Below the pieces are notes generated by a model. It was not told the origin of the DNA and did no database searches. It saw only the letters and a list, made by a program, of their open reading frames with translations. This document shows, piece by piece, positions 9,151-19,696 of a stretch of DNA of 64,000 nt. Source of the stretch: a bacterium (GTDB lineage: Bacteria; SM23-31); NCBI GenBank assembly GCA_965249485.1, contig OZ252239.1:2496001-2560000 (forward strand), read 5' to 3'. Numbering within the stretch: the stretch's first letter is position 1; each line of letters starts with the position of its first letter. The position numbers were made by a program, and so were the translations under genes.

Positions 9151-11235
9151 GTGCAAGAAGTCAAGACTGAAAACGTTCGAAATATTGCTCTGATTGGACA
9201 CGGAGATGCCGGGAAAACAACACTTGCGGAAGGGATGCTTTTCACAGCAAATGAAACACAGCGATTTGGTTCTGTTGACGATGGGTCAACAGTATCCGAC
9301 TACAATCAAGATGAAATTGATCGAAAAATTTCAATTAATGCCGCATTAATGCATTGTGAGTGGAATAATTCCAAGATCAATATTATTGACACTCCCGGAT
9401 ATATGGATTTTACAGGAGAAGTCAAAGGGGCACTGCATGCCGTTGAATTAGGTTTGCTCGTTGTGAACGCTGTATCAGGACTTGAAGTAGGCTCGGAAAT
9501 AGTCTGGGGTTATTGTGAAAATAAGGACATCCCAAGAGCCATTATTATTAATAAACTTAATAAAGAACATGCAGATTTTAAAAGAGTATTGGGAACGCTG
9601 AAAAACAATTTCAGAAAAAATGTAATTCCTGTTCAAATCCCCATTAGTGAGGGCTTGGCATTTGGTAGCGTTGTAGATATTATCAAAGGTACACTTTACA
9701 AATTTTCGAATGACAAATCAGGAAAATTTACAAAAGAAGATGTCCCTGATTCAGTTAAAGCGGAAGTGGACAGTATTAGAAATGAATTAAAAGAAGTAGT
9801 TGCCGAAAGTAACGATGAACTCCTGGAGAAATATCTTGAAGAAGGTGATATTTCTGAAGAAGAATTTAATAAAGGATTAAGGTCGGCTATTGCCGACGGT
9901 GTAATTTTTCCTCTTTTGTGCACTGCTGCCGATACGAATCTAGGCGCAAAACCGCTTCTTGATTTTATAGCGGAATATTTTCCGAGCCCTTCGGATTTCA
10001 AAAGCATAAAAGGTAGAAATCCAAAATCGGGAGAGGAAAAGGAAGTTTCATATGATTCGGCCGGTAAAGCTGTTTTACAGGTTTTTAAAACAGTTTCTGA
10101 ACCGCATGTCGGTGAGCTTTCATTTTTTAAATGTTTATCCGGTTCAATAAAGCCAGGTCTGGAATTAATGAATACGTCCAGAGATCAGGTCGAACGTATC
10201 GGGCAAATTTACTCGATGAATGGACATATCAGGAATGAAGTATCTCAAATTCAGGCCGGAGATATCGGTGGAGTAGTAAAGTTGAAACACACACATACAG
10301 GTGACACTTTGTGTGATAAGGCTAATCCGATAATTCTGGAAGAAATTGATTTTCCAAGTCCAATTATTCGGATGGCTGTTGCACCGAAATCAAAAGGTGA
10401 TGAAGATAAAATATCGACCGGATTGCACACATTGCACGAGGAAGATCCATCATTTATTGTGGCGGTTGACAATGAGTTGAAGCAAATTATTATCTCGGGA
10501 CAGGGAGAACTCCATTTAGATATTATTGTCAAACGATTGAAGCAAAAAATGGGAGTGGAAGTACTCATAGAGGATCCAAAGATACCTTACCGTGAAACGA
10601 TACGTGGAACTGCAAAAACACAGGGTAAATATAAAAAACAGAGTGGTGGTAAAGGACAGTATGGTGATGTGTGGATTGAATTAGAGCCAATGAAGAGGGG
10701 AGAGGGGTTTCAATTTGTTAACAAAATATTTGGCGGTTCTATTCCTACGAAATTCATTCCAGCTGTCGAAAAGGGGATTGTCGAAACAATGGCAACCGGG
10801 ATTCTTTGCGGTTGCAATGTTGTCGATATTAAAGTAACCCTAAATGATGGATCGTATCATGCTGTTGATTCCTCAGATATGGCATTTAAGATTGCCGGAT
10901 CTATGGCCTTGAAAAAGGCTTTTGTTGATGCTAAGCCCACTCTTTTGGAGCCTCTTTATGAAGTTGAGGTTGTAGTGCCAGAAGAATTTATGGGTGATGT
11001 CATGGGTGATTTGTCTGGACGGAGAGGAAAAATCCAGGGTATGGAGGCAGAAGGACATTTTCAAAAGATAAAAGCAATGGTTCCACTTGCTGAGCTTTAT
11101 AAGTATTCGACAACTCTAAGGTCGATTACGAGTGGTAGAGGAATGCACCGGAGAAAAATTCACGGATACGAAGAGGTACCGCGAGAAATATCCAATAAAA
11201 TCATTCGGGAGTATAAATCCGAAGATCAGGAATAG
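9151..11235 (+). CDS. fusA: Elongation factor G paralog (EF-G2-like)
   Basis: GHGDAGKTT, DTPGY, NKLN, GQGELHL, YRETI, KQSGGKGQYG, DGSYHAVDSS; switch I reads RKISI rather than RGITI; not in an rpsL-rpsG operon; GGAGG RBS before GTG 9151. Confidence 0.92.
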   Translation: MQEVKTENVRNIALIGHGDAGKTTLAEGMLFTANETQRFGSVDDGSTVSDYNQDEIDRKISINAALMHCEWNNSKINIIDTPGYMDFTGEVKGALHAVELGLLVVNAVSGLEVGSEIVWGYCENKDIPRAIIINKLNKEHADFKRVLGTLKNNFRKNVIPVQIPISEGLAFGSVVDIIKGTLYKFSNDKSGKFTKEDVPDSVKAEVDSIRNELKEVVAESNDELLEKYLEEGDISEEEFNKGLRSAIADGVIFPLLCTAADTNLGAKPLLDFIAEYFPSPSDFKSIKGRNPKSGEEKEVSYDSAGKAVLQVFKTVSEPHVGELSFFKCLSGSIKPGLELMNTSRDQVERIGQIYSMNGHIRNEVSQIQAGDIGGVVKLKHTHTGDTLCDKANPIILEEIDFPSPIIRMAVAPKSKGDEDKISTGLHTLHEEDPSFIVAVDNELKQIIISGQGELHLDIIVKRLKQKMGVEVLIEDPKIPYRETIRGTAKTQGKYKKQSGGKGQYGDVWIELEPMKRGEGFQFVNKIFGGSIPTKFIPAVEKGIVETMATGILCGCNVVDIKVTLNDGSYHAVDSSDMAFKIAGSMALKKAFVDAKPTLLEPLYEVEVVVPEEFMGDVMGDLSGRRGKIQGMEAEGHFQKIKAMVPLAELYKYSTTLRSITSGRGMHRRKIHGYEEVPREISNKIIREYKSEDQE

Positions 11236-11294
11236 TATTACTAATGGGATATAATCTGCCCGTATAAATATTTTTGATATTTCGGCTTTAGTAT

Positions 11295-11801
11295 ATGATG
11301 GAACGATTATGGTCGCCTTGGCGCATGAAGTATGTTAAAACACTCAAATCGTCAAAAAACGGGTGCGAATTCTGCGGTATTGACAGGGATAAAAATGATA
11401 CAGAGAACTTTGTTGTTATTAGAAGCAAATATAACTTTGTAGTGATGAATATTTATCCCTATAACAGCGGACATTTACTCATAGTACCATATAAGCATAC
11501 GAAAAATTTTACTGCTATCCCTGTCAGGATTCTGAATGAATCAATGGCATTGATTCATTCATCTGTAGCGGTCTTAAAGAGTATTTATAAACCGGATGGA
11601 TTCAATGTTGGCTTGAATATCGGCTCTGCTGCCGGAGCGGGGATTGTTGACCATATTCATTTTCACGTTGTACCGAGATGGAAGGGCGATACAAATTTTC
11701 TTCCGGTATTTGGCGAAACAAAAGTGATTTCCCAGGACCTGAAAGAGAGCTATGAATTGATTCGTGCAGGATTTCAGAAATATAATTCAACTCAATCATA
11801 A
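11295..11801 (+). CDS. HIT-family protein (Ap4A phosphorylase/hydrolase-like)
   Basis: LWSPWRMKY, CEFC, YPYNSGH, HIHFHVVPRW. Confidence 0.9.
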   Translation: MMERLWSPWRMKYVKTLKSSKNGCEFCGIDRDKNDTENFVVIRSKYNFVVMNIYPYNSGHLLIVPYKHTKNFTAIPVRILNESMALIHSSVAVLKSIYKPDGFNVGLNIGSAAGAGIVDHIHFHVVPRWKGDTNFLPVFGETKVISQDLKESYELIRAGFQKYNSTQS

Positions 11802-11818
11802 CACGATCTTATCCAAAT

Positions 11819-12940
11819 GTGAATAGAGCAGCACCCCACACAAAAAACTCCTTTCGAGTATTACATATTTCTCCATTTAATACTGCCGGAGTGCCTTATA
11901 CCTTTGTAAAAGCGGAACAAGAACTTGGACTCGATAGCCGGCTGATCACTCTCAAAAAGCATACATTTGAATTTGGCGAAGACATTTGTCTCAATGCCCC
12001 TTTTATCACCACGCCCGGTATGAAGACATTCAAATCAGTTCTGCAGTATTTAAAAAGAAAACAGCCTCATAAAGAGTATTCTACTCCTCCTGTTAGAAAC
12101 CACTCAGAAATAGAAAAGAGGCTTTTTGCAGTTCGAGATGTTCTTTGGAACGTGAAGTTTGGCTCATTTCTGAAAAAATTTGATGTATTTTCCTTTAATC
12201 TTGTTCATCTCGATGGAGGAAAAGGTTTTTTTTCAGATTCCCGGATTATTAAAGAGATGATTAACAGGAATATTCCGGTGATCTGCACCTATTTGGGTAG
12301 TGATTTACGGGTGCGTGGTATCGATCCGGAAATTGATCGGTTGAGCAGTTGTAATTTTACAGTAGAAGTTGATCACATGAAGATTTATCCCGGGATACAT
12401 TGGCTGCCGTTTCCTTTTGATTTTTCAGACTTTCACTTTAAAACTGATGTTACTCGGTCGCCTATTGTAGTTGGTCACGCTCCATCAAATTGTGTAGTAA
12501 AAGGAACAGATTTCATTCTTGAAACTCTGCATCGACTGAAAAAAAAGCTCGATTTTGAAATTCTGCTTATTGAGAACATAACACATAAGCAAGCTTTAAA
12601 TCTAAAGAGTACCTGTTCGATTTTTATTGACCAATTGACTGATATAGGATTCGGCATTAATGCCATAGAGTCTCTTGCTATGGGGATACCGACTTTAACA
12701 AGCCTAGTCTCTGAATATAGAGATATGTTTCCGGATGCTCCATTCATAGAAATTACAAAAGATAATCTTGAACAAGAACTGTATTCTTACATCACAAGTG
12801 TGGAAAAAAGAACGAAATTGGGAGGTGAATCATACGATTGGGTTCGGAAAAACCACGATAAATGTGAGGTTTTAAAGCAAATGTATCGCCGGGCAGCCGA
12901 ATGTATTCCTTCACTCAAAGATGTCTGTTCTCACTTTTAG
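11819..12940 (+). CDS. Glycosyltransferase (GT-B, family 1/4-like)
   Basis: HAPS...KGT, IFIDQL..G.G...IESLAMGIP C-terminal GT-B motif. Confidence 0.75.
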   Translation: MNRAAPHTKNSFRVLHISPFNTAGVPYTFVKAEQELGLDSRLITLKKHTFEFGEDICLNAPFITTPGMKTFKSVLQYLKRKQPHKEYSTPPVRNHSEIEKRLFAVRDVLWNVKFGSFLKKFDVFSFNLVHLDGGKGFFSDSRIIKEMINRNIPVICTYLGSDLRVRGIDPEIDRLSSCNFTVEVDHMKIYPGIHWLPFPFDFSDFHFKTDVTRSPIVVGHAPSNCVVKGTDFILETLHRLKKKLDFEILLIENITHKQALNLKSTCSIFIDQLTDIGFGINAIESLAMGIPTLTSLVSEYRDMFPDAPFIEITKDNLEQELYSYITSVEKRTKLGGESYDWVRKNHDKCEVLKQMYRRAAECIPSLKDVCSHF

Positions 12941-13030
12941 TGAACCTTACGGAGAATTAACTGGTTTTATCACTATGAAGTTGATACACGAATAAATACA
13001 ATTTCATATCTAACAAGAAAGCTATCTTCA

Positions 13031-14683
13031 ATGATGTTCGAGAGTTTATTTCGGTTTTTTGTTGCCGTGCTCATTATTGCATGCGCATTTTCAGCGCAAG
13101 CCCAATCAACGGTATCTGACAGTGAATTAGGCTCAAATAGTATTAGTTTTAGCAATGTTGCGAAAATCTCAAATTCAGTTACAAATGACTTGTCTATAAA
13201 TGTTTTTGACATTTCCGACCTTTCAGAAAAATATAGAGAAATAGCGCATTTGGGAATTACATCGGCATATAGAGATGCTCCGTTTTTGGATAATGCGCTT
13301 GCTTTGTTTGATACTCTTATACTCATGAGACCTGACCGACCTGAAGGATTTTTCCTCAATGCTGCACTATATTATTCAATTGCACTCTTTGATCGTACGG
13401 AAGAAGTTACCGAAAAATTTACGTACAATTCTGAAAAAGCAATTGAACTAACCAATACATTATTAGAAGAAGATCCGGAAAATCCCTATTATTACTTCTA
13501 TCTTGGCGCAGTACATGGAAATCTTGGTTTGCAGAATTTGGAACTGGGAAATTATTGGCGTGCATACAGAAACGGATCAAAAGGAAAGAGTTATCTGGAA
13601 AAAGCTCTCGAAATTGATCCTAAATTTGCAGACGCGAAATTGGGTATTGGAATGTTTCAATACTATCTGGATATTCTACCGAAATACCTTAAATTCTTTC
13701 TGTTTTTTGTAAGATTTAAGGGTGACAGAGAAGAAGGATTGGAAAATGTTCATGATGCAGCGCAAGAGGGCTTAATTACACGCATAGAAGCAAATTATTT
13801 TCTTGCCCGTGTATATAATAAATATGAAGGCAGGGTATATGAAGCCGAAAAATTATTTCAATCCCTTTATGAAGCATTTCCAGATAACTACTATTTTCGT
13901 TGGTCATTAGCAAGATTCTATTACGAAAATGGCAACTTGTCGGCTGCACACGATTTGTTTGAGAAATTTCTCAAAGTTCCGCATAAATATTACAATCAGA
14001 GTATTCGTTACTATCTCGGTGTTATTGCACATGAAACAGGTAACTACAGCACATCAAATGGTCATTTTTATGTTCTCCTCAATCTTATTAAAACGAGTGA
14101 TAAAGAGCAAAATAAAAGCAGGCTGCGTGATGTATATTACCGGATAGGGCTAAATTACGAATATCAATCGGACAGAAAAAGCGCTGTACGGTACTATTCA
14201 ATGGCTATGAATGTTGACTCAGACAACTTAAAGGACGAGCTGAAAGAACGCAGTAATTTCCCCATTACTCCAGACGAATTGCATATAAGATCAATAGAAG
14301 CTTTATTAAAGGCAGAAAATTATACTGCAGCTCTTATTACGTATGACAGTCAACTTCCTGCTGCTCATAATGGTAATGATGGAGTAAATATGTCTTCCAA
14401 TATCGCACTCCTGAAATCTGAAGTATCATTTTATATGAATAATATTGATTCTGCACGTAATTTTTTCAGTAGCCATTCTGAAGATGATTATAAAAGTAAT
14501 GAATATCGTGTACGCTATAATCTTCTGGGTGCAAGATTAGGAATGAATAGTAGCAATATGGATATTGTAGAGATGTATATAAAAAGAGCAAGTGAATTGG
14601 ATTTACAAGAATTGCCGATATTCTATGTGAGAGTGTCAAATGGCATACAACATCAGGCTTTTGGTTCTGTGCTATACAGATGA
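13031..14683 (+). CDS. Exported tetratricopeptide-repeat protein
   Basis: N-terminal signal peptide (AQA cleavage); multiple TPR-like helices such as YFYLGAVHG and KALEIDPKFADAKLGIG. Confidence 0.7.
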   Translation: MMFESLFRFFVAVLIIACAFSAQAQSTVSDSELGSNSISFSNVAKISNSVTNDLSINVFDISDLSEKYREIAHLGITSAYRDAPFLDNALALFDTLILMRPDRPEGFFLNAALYYSIALFDRTEEVTEKFTYNSEKAIELTNTLLEEDPENPYYYFYLGAVHGNLGLQNLELGNYWRAYRNGSKGKSYLEKALEIDPKFADAKLGIGMFQYYLDILPKYLKFFLFFVRFKGDREEGLENVHDAAQEGLITRIEANYFLARVYNKYEGRVYEAEKLFQSLYEAFPDNYYFRWSLARFYYENGNLSAAHDLFEKFLKVPHKYYNQSIRYYLGVIAHETGNYSTSNGHFYVLLNLIKTSDKEQNKSRLRDVYYRIGLNYEYQSDRKSAVRYYSMAMNVDSDNLKDELKERSNFPITPDELHIRSIEALLKAENYTAALITYDSQLPAAHNGNDGVNMSSNIALLKSEVSFYMNNIDSARNFFSSHSEDDYKSNEYRVRYNLLGARLGMNSSNMDIVEMYIKRASELDLQELPIFYVRVSNGIQHQAFGSVLYR

Positions 14684-14837
14684 ACGGATGTCTTGAAAAA
14701 GAGTAAATAAAACAAATGAGACTGGAGAATTCCGGTATTACAGTCGAAATAGTATACATGCAATGATACAAAGAGAATTGTATGAAAAATATTTATCATA
14801 CTATAATTTCTGTTAAAATGGGATTGAGGAAATATTA

Positions 14838-15953
14838 ATGAAATCAGGCGGATATACTAGATCTATTATACTTCTGTTTGCTTTTGTTGCAACGTCATGC
14901 TCCATAATTCCCAGGGGGCTTACAAGCAACCCTGTTTCGGAATCAAGACCTGCTTATGTTGAGTATTATTCTTCAGGAAAGCAGGCTTATGACACTGGTG
15001 ATATTGAACAAGCTCAGCAAAATCTGCAACGTTGTCTTGAGCTCAATCCCGAATACTATCCAGCAATGGAACTGCTCGGATACACCTTGTTTTCCTCCGG
15101 CGAATATGAAGAAGCTTTACAGCAATTTTCAAATGCATTGCGTGGCAATGCATACTCGGTAAACGCTCGTCTGGGAAAGGGGCGAATTCACATGATGCGG
15201 AGAGAATTTGAAAATGCAATTGTGGAGCTATCGGCTGCTCTGCGGATTGATCCGGCAAATGCAGATGTCCATTTTTACAAAGGTATGGCACTGAGACAGA
15301 AAGGTGATGATTTTTTGAGTTGGACATCGCTGATTCGCTCAATTATTAATGATGCGTCATACCGTGCTACGGTTGCCGAACTAATTCCTTTGCAGGAATC
15401 CCACATTGCGCGACTGTTTCAGAAAGAGTATCTTACAATCGAACAAAATGCAGTAATCAGCAGAGCTGATGCAGCAGCCTTAGTAGCTGTAATTATTGTT
15501 GAGAATCCTGCAAATATGAGTGTTCAACTGCGTGGTGATTTTCAGATTCCCCGGCAATTTCAGGCTGTTCAATCAACATTGAAAGTTGCAGATGTGCCTG
15601 AAGCATATTGGGCTTACGACGTGATCAATATGGCGGTTACAACAGGAATAATGCAGCTTGATTTGGAAAATTATTTCAATCCTGAACATGATTTGACAAA
15701 ATTGGAATATGCCTTAATTCTCCAGGAACTGCTTATAGGTGTATTGGATGAACCAGAACTCAACACACGATATTTTAGCAGAGGTGAATCGTTTCCCGAT
15801 TTGAACAGTTCGCATTGGGCGTACAACGCCGCACGATTATGTGTCGAATATGGATATTTACAACCGCATGATTCAGGGGCATTCGGTACAGATGACACTG
15901 TTAGAGCATACGATGTGATATCTACTTTTGAGTCAATAGTGAAAATGAAATAA
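14838..15953 (+). CDS. Lipoprotein with TPR repeats and C-terminal SLH domains
   Basis: Lipobox-like VATSC; TPRs; SLH-like DVPEAYWAYDVI and FPDLNSSHWAYNAA. Confidence 0.75.
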   Translation: MKSGGYTRSIILLFAFVATSCSIIPRGLTSNPVSESRPAYVEYYSSGKQAYDTGDIEQAQQNLQRCLELNPEYYPAMELLGYTLFSSGEYEEALQQFSNALRGNAYSVNARLGKGRIHMMRREFENAIVELSAALRIDPANADVHFYKGMALRQKGDDFLSWTSLIRSIINDASYRATVAELIPLQESHIARLFQKEYLTIEQNAVISRADAAALVAVIIVENPANMSVQLRGDFQIPRQFQAVQSTLKVADVPEAYWAYDVINMAVTTGIMQLDLENYFNPEHDLTKLEYALILQELLIGVLDEPELNTRYFSRGESFPDLNSSHWAYNAARLCVEYGYLQPHDSGAFGTDDTVRAYDVISTFESIVKMK

Positions 15954-16192
15954 AGATGTAATCTTCAAAATAAATTCATCCTATTATTAAAGAAAGCCTT
16001 AAACTGAAGTATCTTACCTGAATCCCCTTGATTTTTTCGTTAATACTTACTAAGTTCCACTGCTTTTATTGCACAGAAACCTTTAGAACCTCACCGTTTC
16101 TCAAGGAATAATTTCATTACTTCGTAAGCTACATTATACTGCTATTTATATTTTGAATTGTGTCTATGAACCATTGAATATTTGGGGTGACT

Positions 16193-16750
16193 ATGATACC
16201 TGCAACACAATTAAAAGTTGGAATGATTATCAAGTTTAAAAATTCAATGTATCGTATAAATTCAATTCTGCATCAAGCTATGGGACGGGGAGCAGGGAAG
16301 GTTGTAGCAAAAATGAAAGATATTAAAACGGGAGCGAACATTGAACAGCGGTTCAGATCTACTGAAAGTCTGGAACCAGTTCGTATTGAGGGGCACGAGA
16401 TGGAGTATCTATATTCTTCTGGTACAGAATACTGTTTTATGTATACCGATACGTATGAGCAAATTATGCTTAATGCTGAACTTATCGATGACATTAAAGC
16501 ATATCTCCTCCCCAACGCAAAATATAGTGTTGATTTTCATGAAGAAAATCCCATCGGTATACAGCCTCCGCGTACATTGGAATTGAAAGTAACTGAAACA
16601 GACCCTTCTATCAAAGGAGCTACTGCATCTGCATCAATGAAACCGGCTACGCTCGAAACTGGACTTGTTGTTGGAGTTCCTCCTTTTATTGAAATCGGTG
16701 ATGTGATAAAAGTAGACACCAGCGAAAAAAAATATCTTGAACGTGCATAA
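16193..16750 (+). CDS. efp: Elongation factor P with Arg at the functional loop tip
   Basis: ATQLKVGM, YLY, YEQ, KPATLETG, VPPFIEIGDVIKVDT; loop reads HQAMGRGAG. Confidence 0.93.
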   Translation: MIPATQLKVGMIIKFKNSMYRINSILHQAMGRGAGKVVAKMKDIKTGANIEQRFRSTESLEPVRIEGHEMEYLYSSGTEYCFMYTDTYEQIMLNAELIDDIKAYLLPNAKYSVDFHEENPIGIQPPRTLELKVTETDPSIKGATASASMKPATLETGLVVGVPPFIEIGDVIKVDTSEKKYLERA

Positions 16751-16849
16751 CTTTTCGAATGGGTAATCTCATCATAGGTGAATGAGTGGATTGAATTCGA
16801 CAAAGCATTAATTCTCAATTTTCAATAGCCATCAAATAAAGAGTTCTCT

Positions 16850-17641
16850 ATGGACCTAGGTCTTAAAAATGCAGTTGCTGTAGTTGCCGGTGCAAGTAGT
16901 GGCCTTGGTAGAGCTGTTGCAACAGAGCTTTCTCATGAAGGTTGCAAAGTATCTATCTGTTCCCGCACTAAAGAGAATATTGCAAAAACTGCCCAGGAAA
17001 TTGAAAGTAAAACTGGCAATCCTGTGTTGTCATATCCGGCCGATGTTACAAATATTAACGAAATAAAAAGTTATATTGATGCAACAATTGCAGAGTTCGG
17101 TGATATAAATATTTTGATCTGTAATGCTGGGGGACCACCATCTACACACTTTGAAGATACAAATGAACAGCTTTGGGAAAAAAGCCTTACACTAAATCTG
17201 AAAAGTGCAATCCGATTAACGGATGCTGTTCTTCCTTCGATGAAGAAAGCAGAATGGGGACGTATACTCTATATAACATCGGTGTCTGTAAAATCTCCTA
17301 TTGATGGTCTCATTCTTTCTAATGTAAGCAGAGCAGGTGTAGCAGGTCTTTCAAAGACAGTAGCAAAAGAGTTTGCATCTTATAACATTCTTGTCAATAC
17401 AATATGCCCGGGTTTCATTTCGACACAGCGTACTTTTGAACTTGCACAAGCCATCTCACAAAAAAAAGGAATTCCTCAGAAAGAAGTTGAGCGCTCTTTT
17501 GTGTCTGATATTCCACTTCAGAGGATGGGGACACCGGATGAATTTGCTAATCTTGCTGTATTTCTAGTGTCAAAAAGGGCAAGTTACATTACAGGTACTG
17601 CAATTCAGGTCGACGGAGGTAAATATCCCGGATTACTGTAG
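16850..17641 (+). CDS. SDR-family oxidoreductase
   Basis: GASSGLG, NAGGPP, SNVSR, VNTICPG, YITGTAIQVDGG. Confidence 0.9.
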   Translation: MDLGLKNAVAVVAGASSGLGRAVATELSHEGCKVSICSRTKENIAKTAQEIESKTGNPVLSYPADVTNINEIKSYIDATIAEFGDINILICNAGGPPSTHFEDTNEQLWEKSLTLNLKSAIRLTDAVLPSMKKAEWGRILYITSVSVKSPIDGLILSNVSRAGVAGLSKTVAKEFASYNILVNTICPGFISTQRTFELAQAISQKKGIPQKEVERSFVSDIPLQRMGTPDEFANLAVFLVSKRASYITGTAIQVDGGKYPGLL

Positions 17642-17719
17642 GCCTTGTTCAAATCAAGCATTATTTTACAATAACACGTTTCACTATAATAGTCACCTGT
17701 ATCTTAGGTTATGCGATAA

Positions 17720-19693
17720 ATGAACCGTATTATACATACGCATGTTGAAAAAAAACTCCATCGGCAAATTCATGTTCTGGATAAAAAACTCTATGAGCGT
17801 TTAGGTCATATAATAAATACCGATAATACTGAAGTGAATGTGTCTCACAAGCTGCGAATCATTCGTGACAATAGGGCGCTTAATATATTCTTACTGACAC
17901 AAAATTTCTGTGAAAACAACAGACTCTCGCTCTTAACACTCAAAAAAAACATATCTCACCAGGCGGCACTCTTTTACTATATTGGGGATTCGGCAAGTTC
18001 AGGTGAATTCTCAGAGCTTATCGATTTTTCGATTCCTGAACCGGTCAATGAGATCTTTTTGAACCATGCGATCGATAATGGGTTTGAGCTTCTTGAACAG
18101 CGTCATGAAATCAGACACTTGCGGGATGAGCTTTCTTCGCGCAACGCCCAGATTCAGGAACTTGCCCATATCGGTCAACAGCTTATGATGGAGAAAGATC
18201 TCACTACTCTATTAAATCTGATTCTTCGTAAGAGCAGAGAAGTAACTTTGGCAGATGCCGGGAGCCTATATCTTGTTGAAGAAAATGAAGAGATGGGGAA
18301 GCACCTCCGGTTTATGATAACACAAAATGATTCTGTATCATTTGATTTTAAGGAATTCATTGTACCAATTTCGCGCAAGAGCATTTCAGGATATGTTGCC
18401 GATACGGGAAAAATGCTAAATATCCCCGATGTCTATACAATATCTAAGAAAAGTGTGTACTCTTTTAATAAAGAATTCGATATAAAACTTGGTTATAGAA
18501 CTAAATCAATGCTGGTTATTCCGCTTCGTAACCATTTTGATGAAATCATCGGTGTGCTACAGTTGATTAACCGAAAAATGAGCTGGAATAAACGTCTGAA
18601 GACACAAGCAGATTTTGAGCATTCTATTGTCTCATTTAGTGATGAATGTATTGAAATGGTTACTGCATTAGCCGGACATGCAGCAATTTCCATTGAAAAT
18701 AATTTTCTCTACAGGAGTATCGAGAATCTTTTTGAAGGATTCGTAAATGCTTCGGTCACAGCTATTGAATCCCGGGATCCGACCACATCAGGCCATTCTT
18801 CCCGAGTTGCTCTTCTAACGGAAAATCTTGCAATATCGGTTGATAGCGTAATCAGTGGTTCGTTACGCTCAGTCACCTTCAACAGAGATCAGATTAAAGA
18901 AATCAGATATGCTTCTCTTCTTCACGATTTTGGCAAAGTTGGCGTAAGAGAGCAGGTGCTTTTAAAGGCGAAGAAATTATATCCTTACGAACTCAAAGAT
19001 ATCATGTTTCGGTTAGGATTTCTTAAACAGTCTGAAAAAATCAAAAACATGCAGAAACGGATTCAATTTCTCATCGACTACGGCATTGAAAATCACCACG
19101 TGGTATTCCGTGATATGGATGTAGAATTGGATGAGAATATGGCGGAGCTCGATGAAATCATAAATCTTATCTGTGAATTGAATGAGCCTTCCTTAATGGA
19201 AATTGACAGATCGCTCATACTCAAGGAATTAGCAGGACGGACGTTTTTTGACTATAATAATGAGATTAAAGAGATATTGAACATTCAGGAAATCAATGCG
19301 CTTTCAATTAAACGAGGAAGTCTCGATGAACGTGAACGACTGGAAATCGAATCGCATGTTAACCATACATTCAACTTTCTTTCAAAAGTACCGTGGACGA
19401 AAGATATACGGAATATTCCCGGAATTGCGGTTGCACATCATGAAAAATTAAATGGGGATGGCTATCCGAACAATCTGACTTCAAAAGATATACCAGTCCA
19501 GGCGAAAATAATGACGATTTCAGATATTTTCGATGCGCTGACCGCAGCCGATAGGCCGTACAAAAAGGCTGTTCCGTATGAGCGAGCACTCACAATATTG
19601 CAATATGAAGTTGAAGATAATCATATTGATCCCGAATTAGTAAATGTATTCATTGAAGCGGAAATATATAAATGTGTTTTAAAATCAAATTGA
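17720..19693 (+). CDS. GAF plus HD-GYP cyclic di-GMP phosphodiesterase
   Basis: GAF (ADAGSLYL, YRTKSMLVIPL, GVLQLIN); TSGHSSRV, LHDFGK, HHEKLNGDGYP, DIFDALT..DRPYK. Confidence 0.9.
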   Translation: MNRIIHTHVEKKLHRQIHVLDKKLYERLGHIINTDNTEVNVSHKLRIIRDNRALNIFLLTQNFCENNRLSLLTLKKNISHQAALFYYIGDSASSGEFSELIDFSIPEPVNEIFLNHAIDNGFELLEQRHEIRHLRDELSSRNAQIQELAHIGQQLMMEKDLTTLLNLILRKSREVTLADAGSLYLVEENEEMGKHLRFMITQNDSVSFDFKEFIVPISRKSISGYVADTGKMLNIPDVYTISKKSVYSFNKEFDIKLGYRTKSMLVIPLRNHFDEIIGVLQLINRKMSWNKRLKTQADFEHSIVSFSDECIEMVTALAGHAAISIENNFLYRSIENLFEGFVNASVTAIESRDPTTSGHSSRVALLTENLAISVDSVISGSLRSVTFNRDQIKEIRYASLLHDFGKVGVREQVLLKAKKLYPYELKDIMFRLGFLKQSEKIKNMQKRIQFLIDYGIENHHVVFRDMDVELDENMAELDEIINLICELNEPSLMEIDRSLILKELAGRTFFDYNNEIKEILNIQEINALSIKRGSLDERERLEIESHVNHTFNFLSKVPWTKDIRNIPGIAVAHHEKLNGDGYPNNLTSKDIPVQAKIMTISDIFDALTAADRPYKKAVPYERALTILQYEVEDNHIDPELVNVFIEAEIYKCVLKSN

Positions 19694-19696
19694 AAG

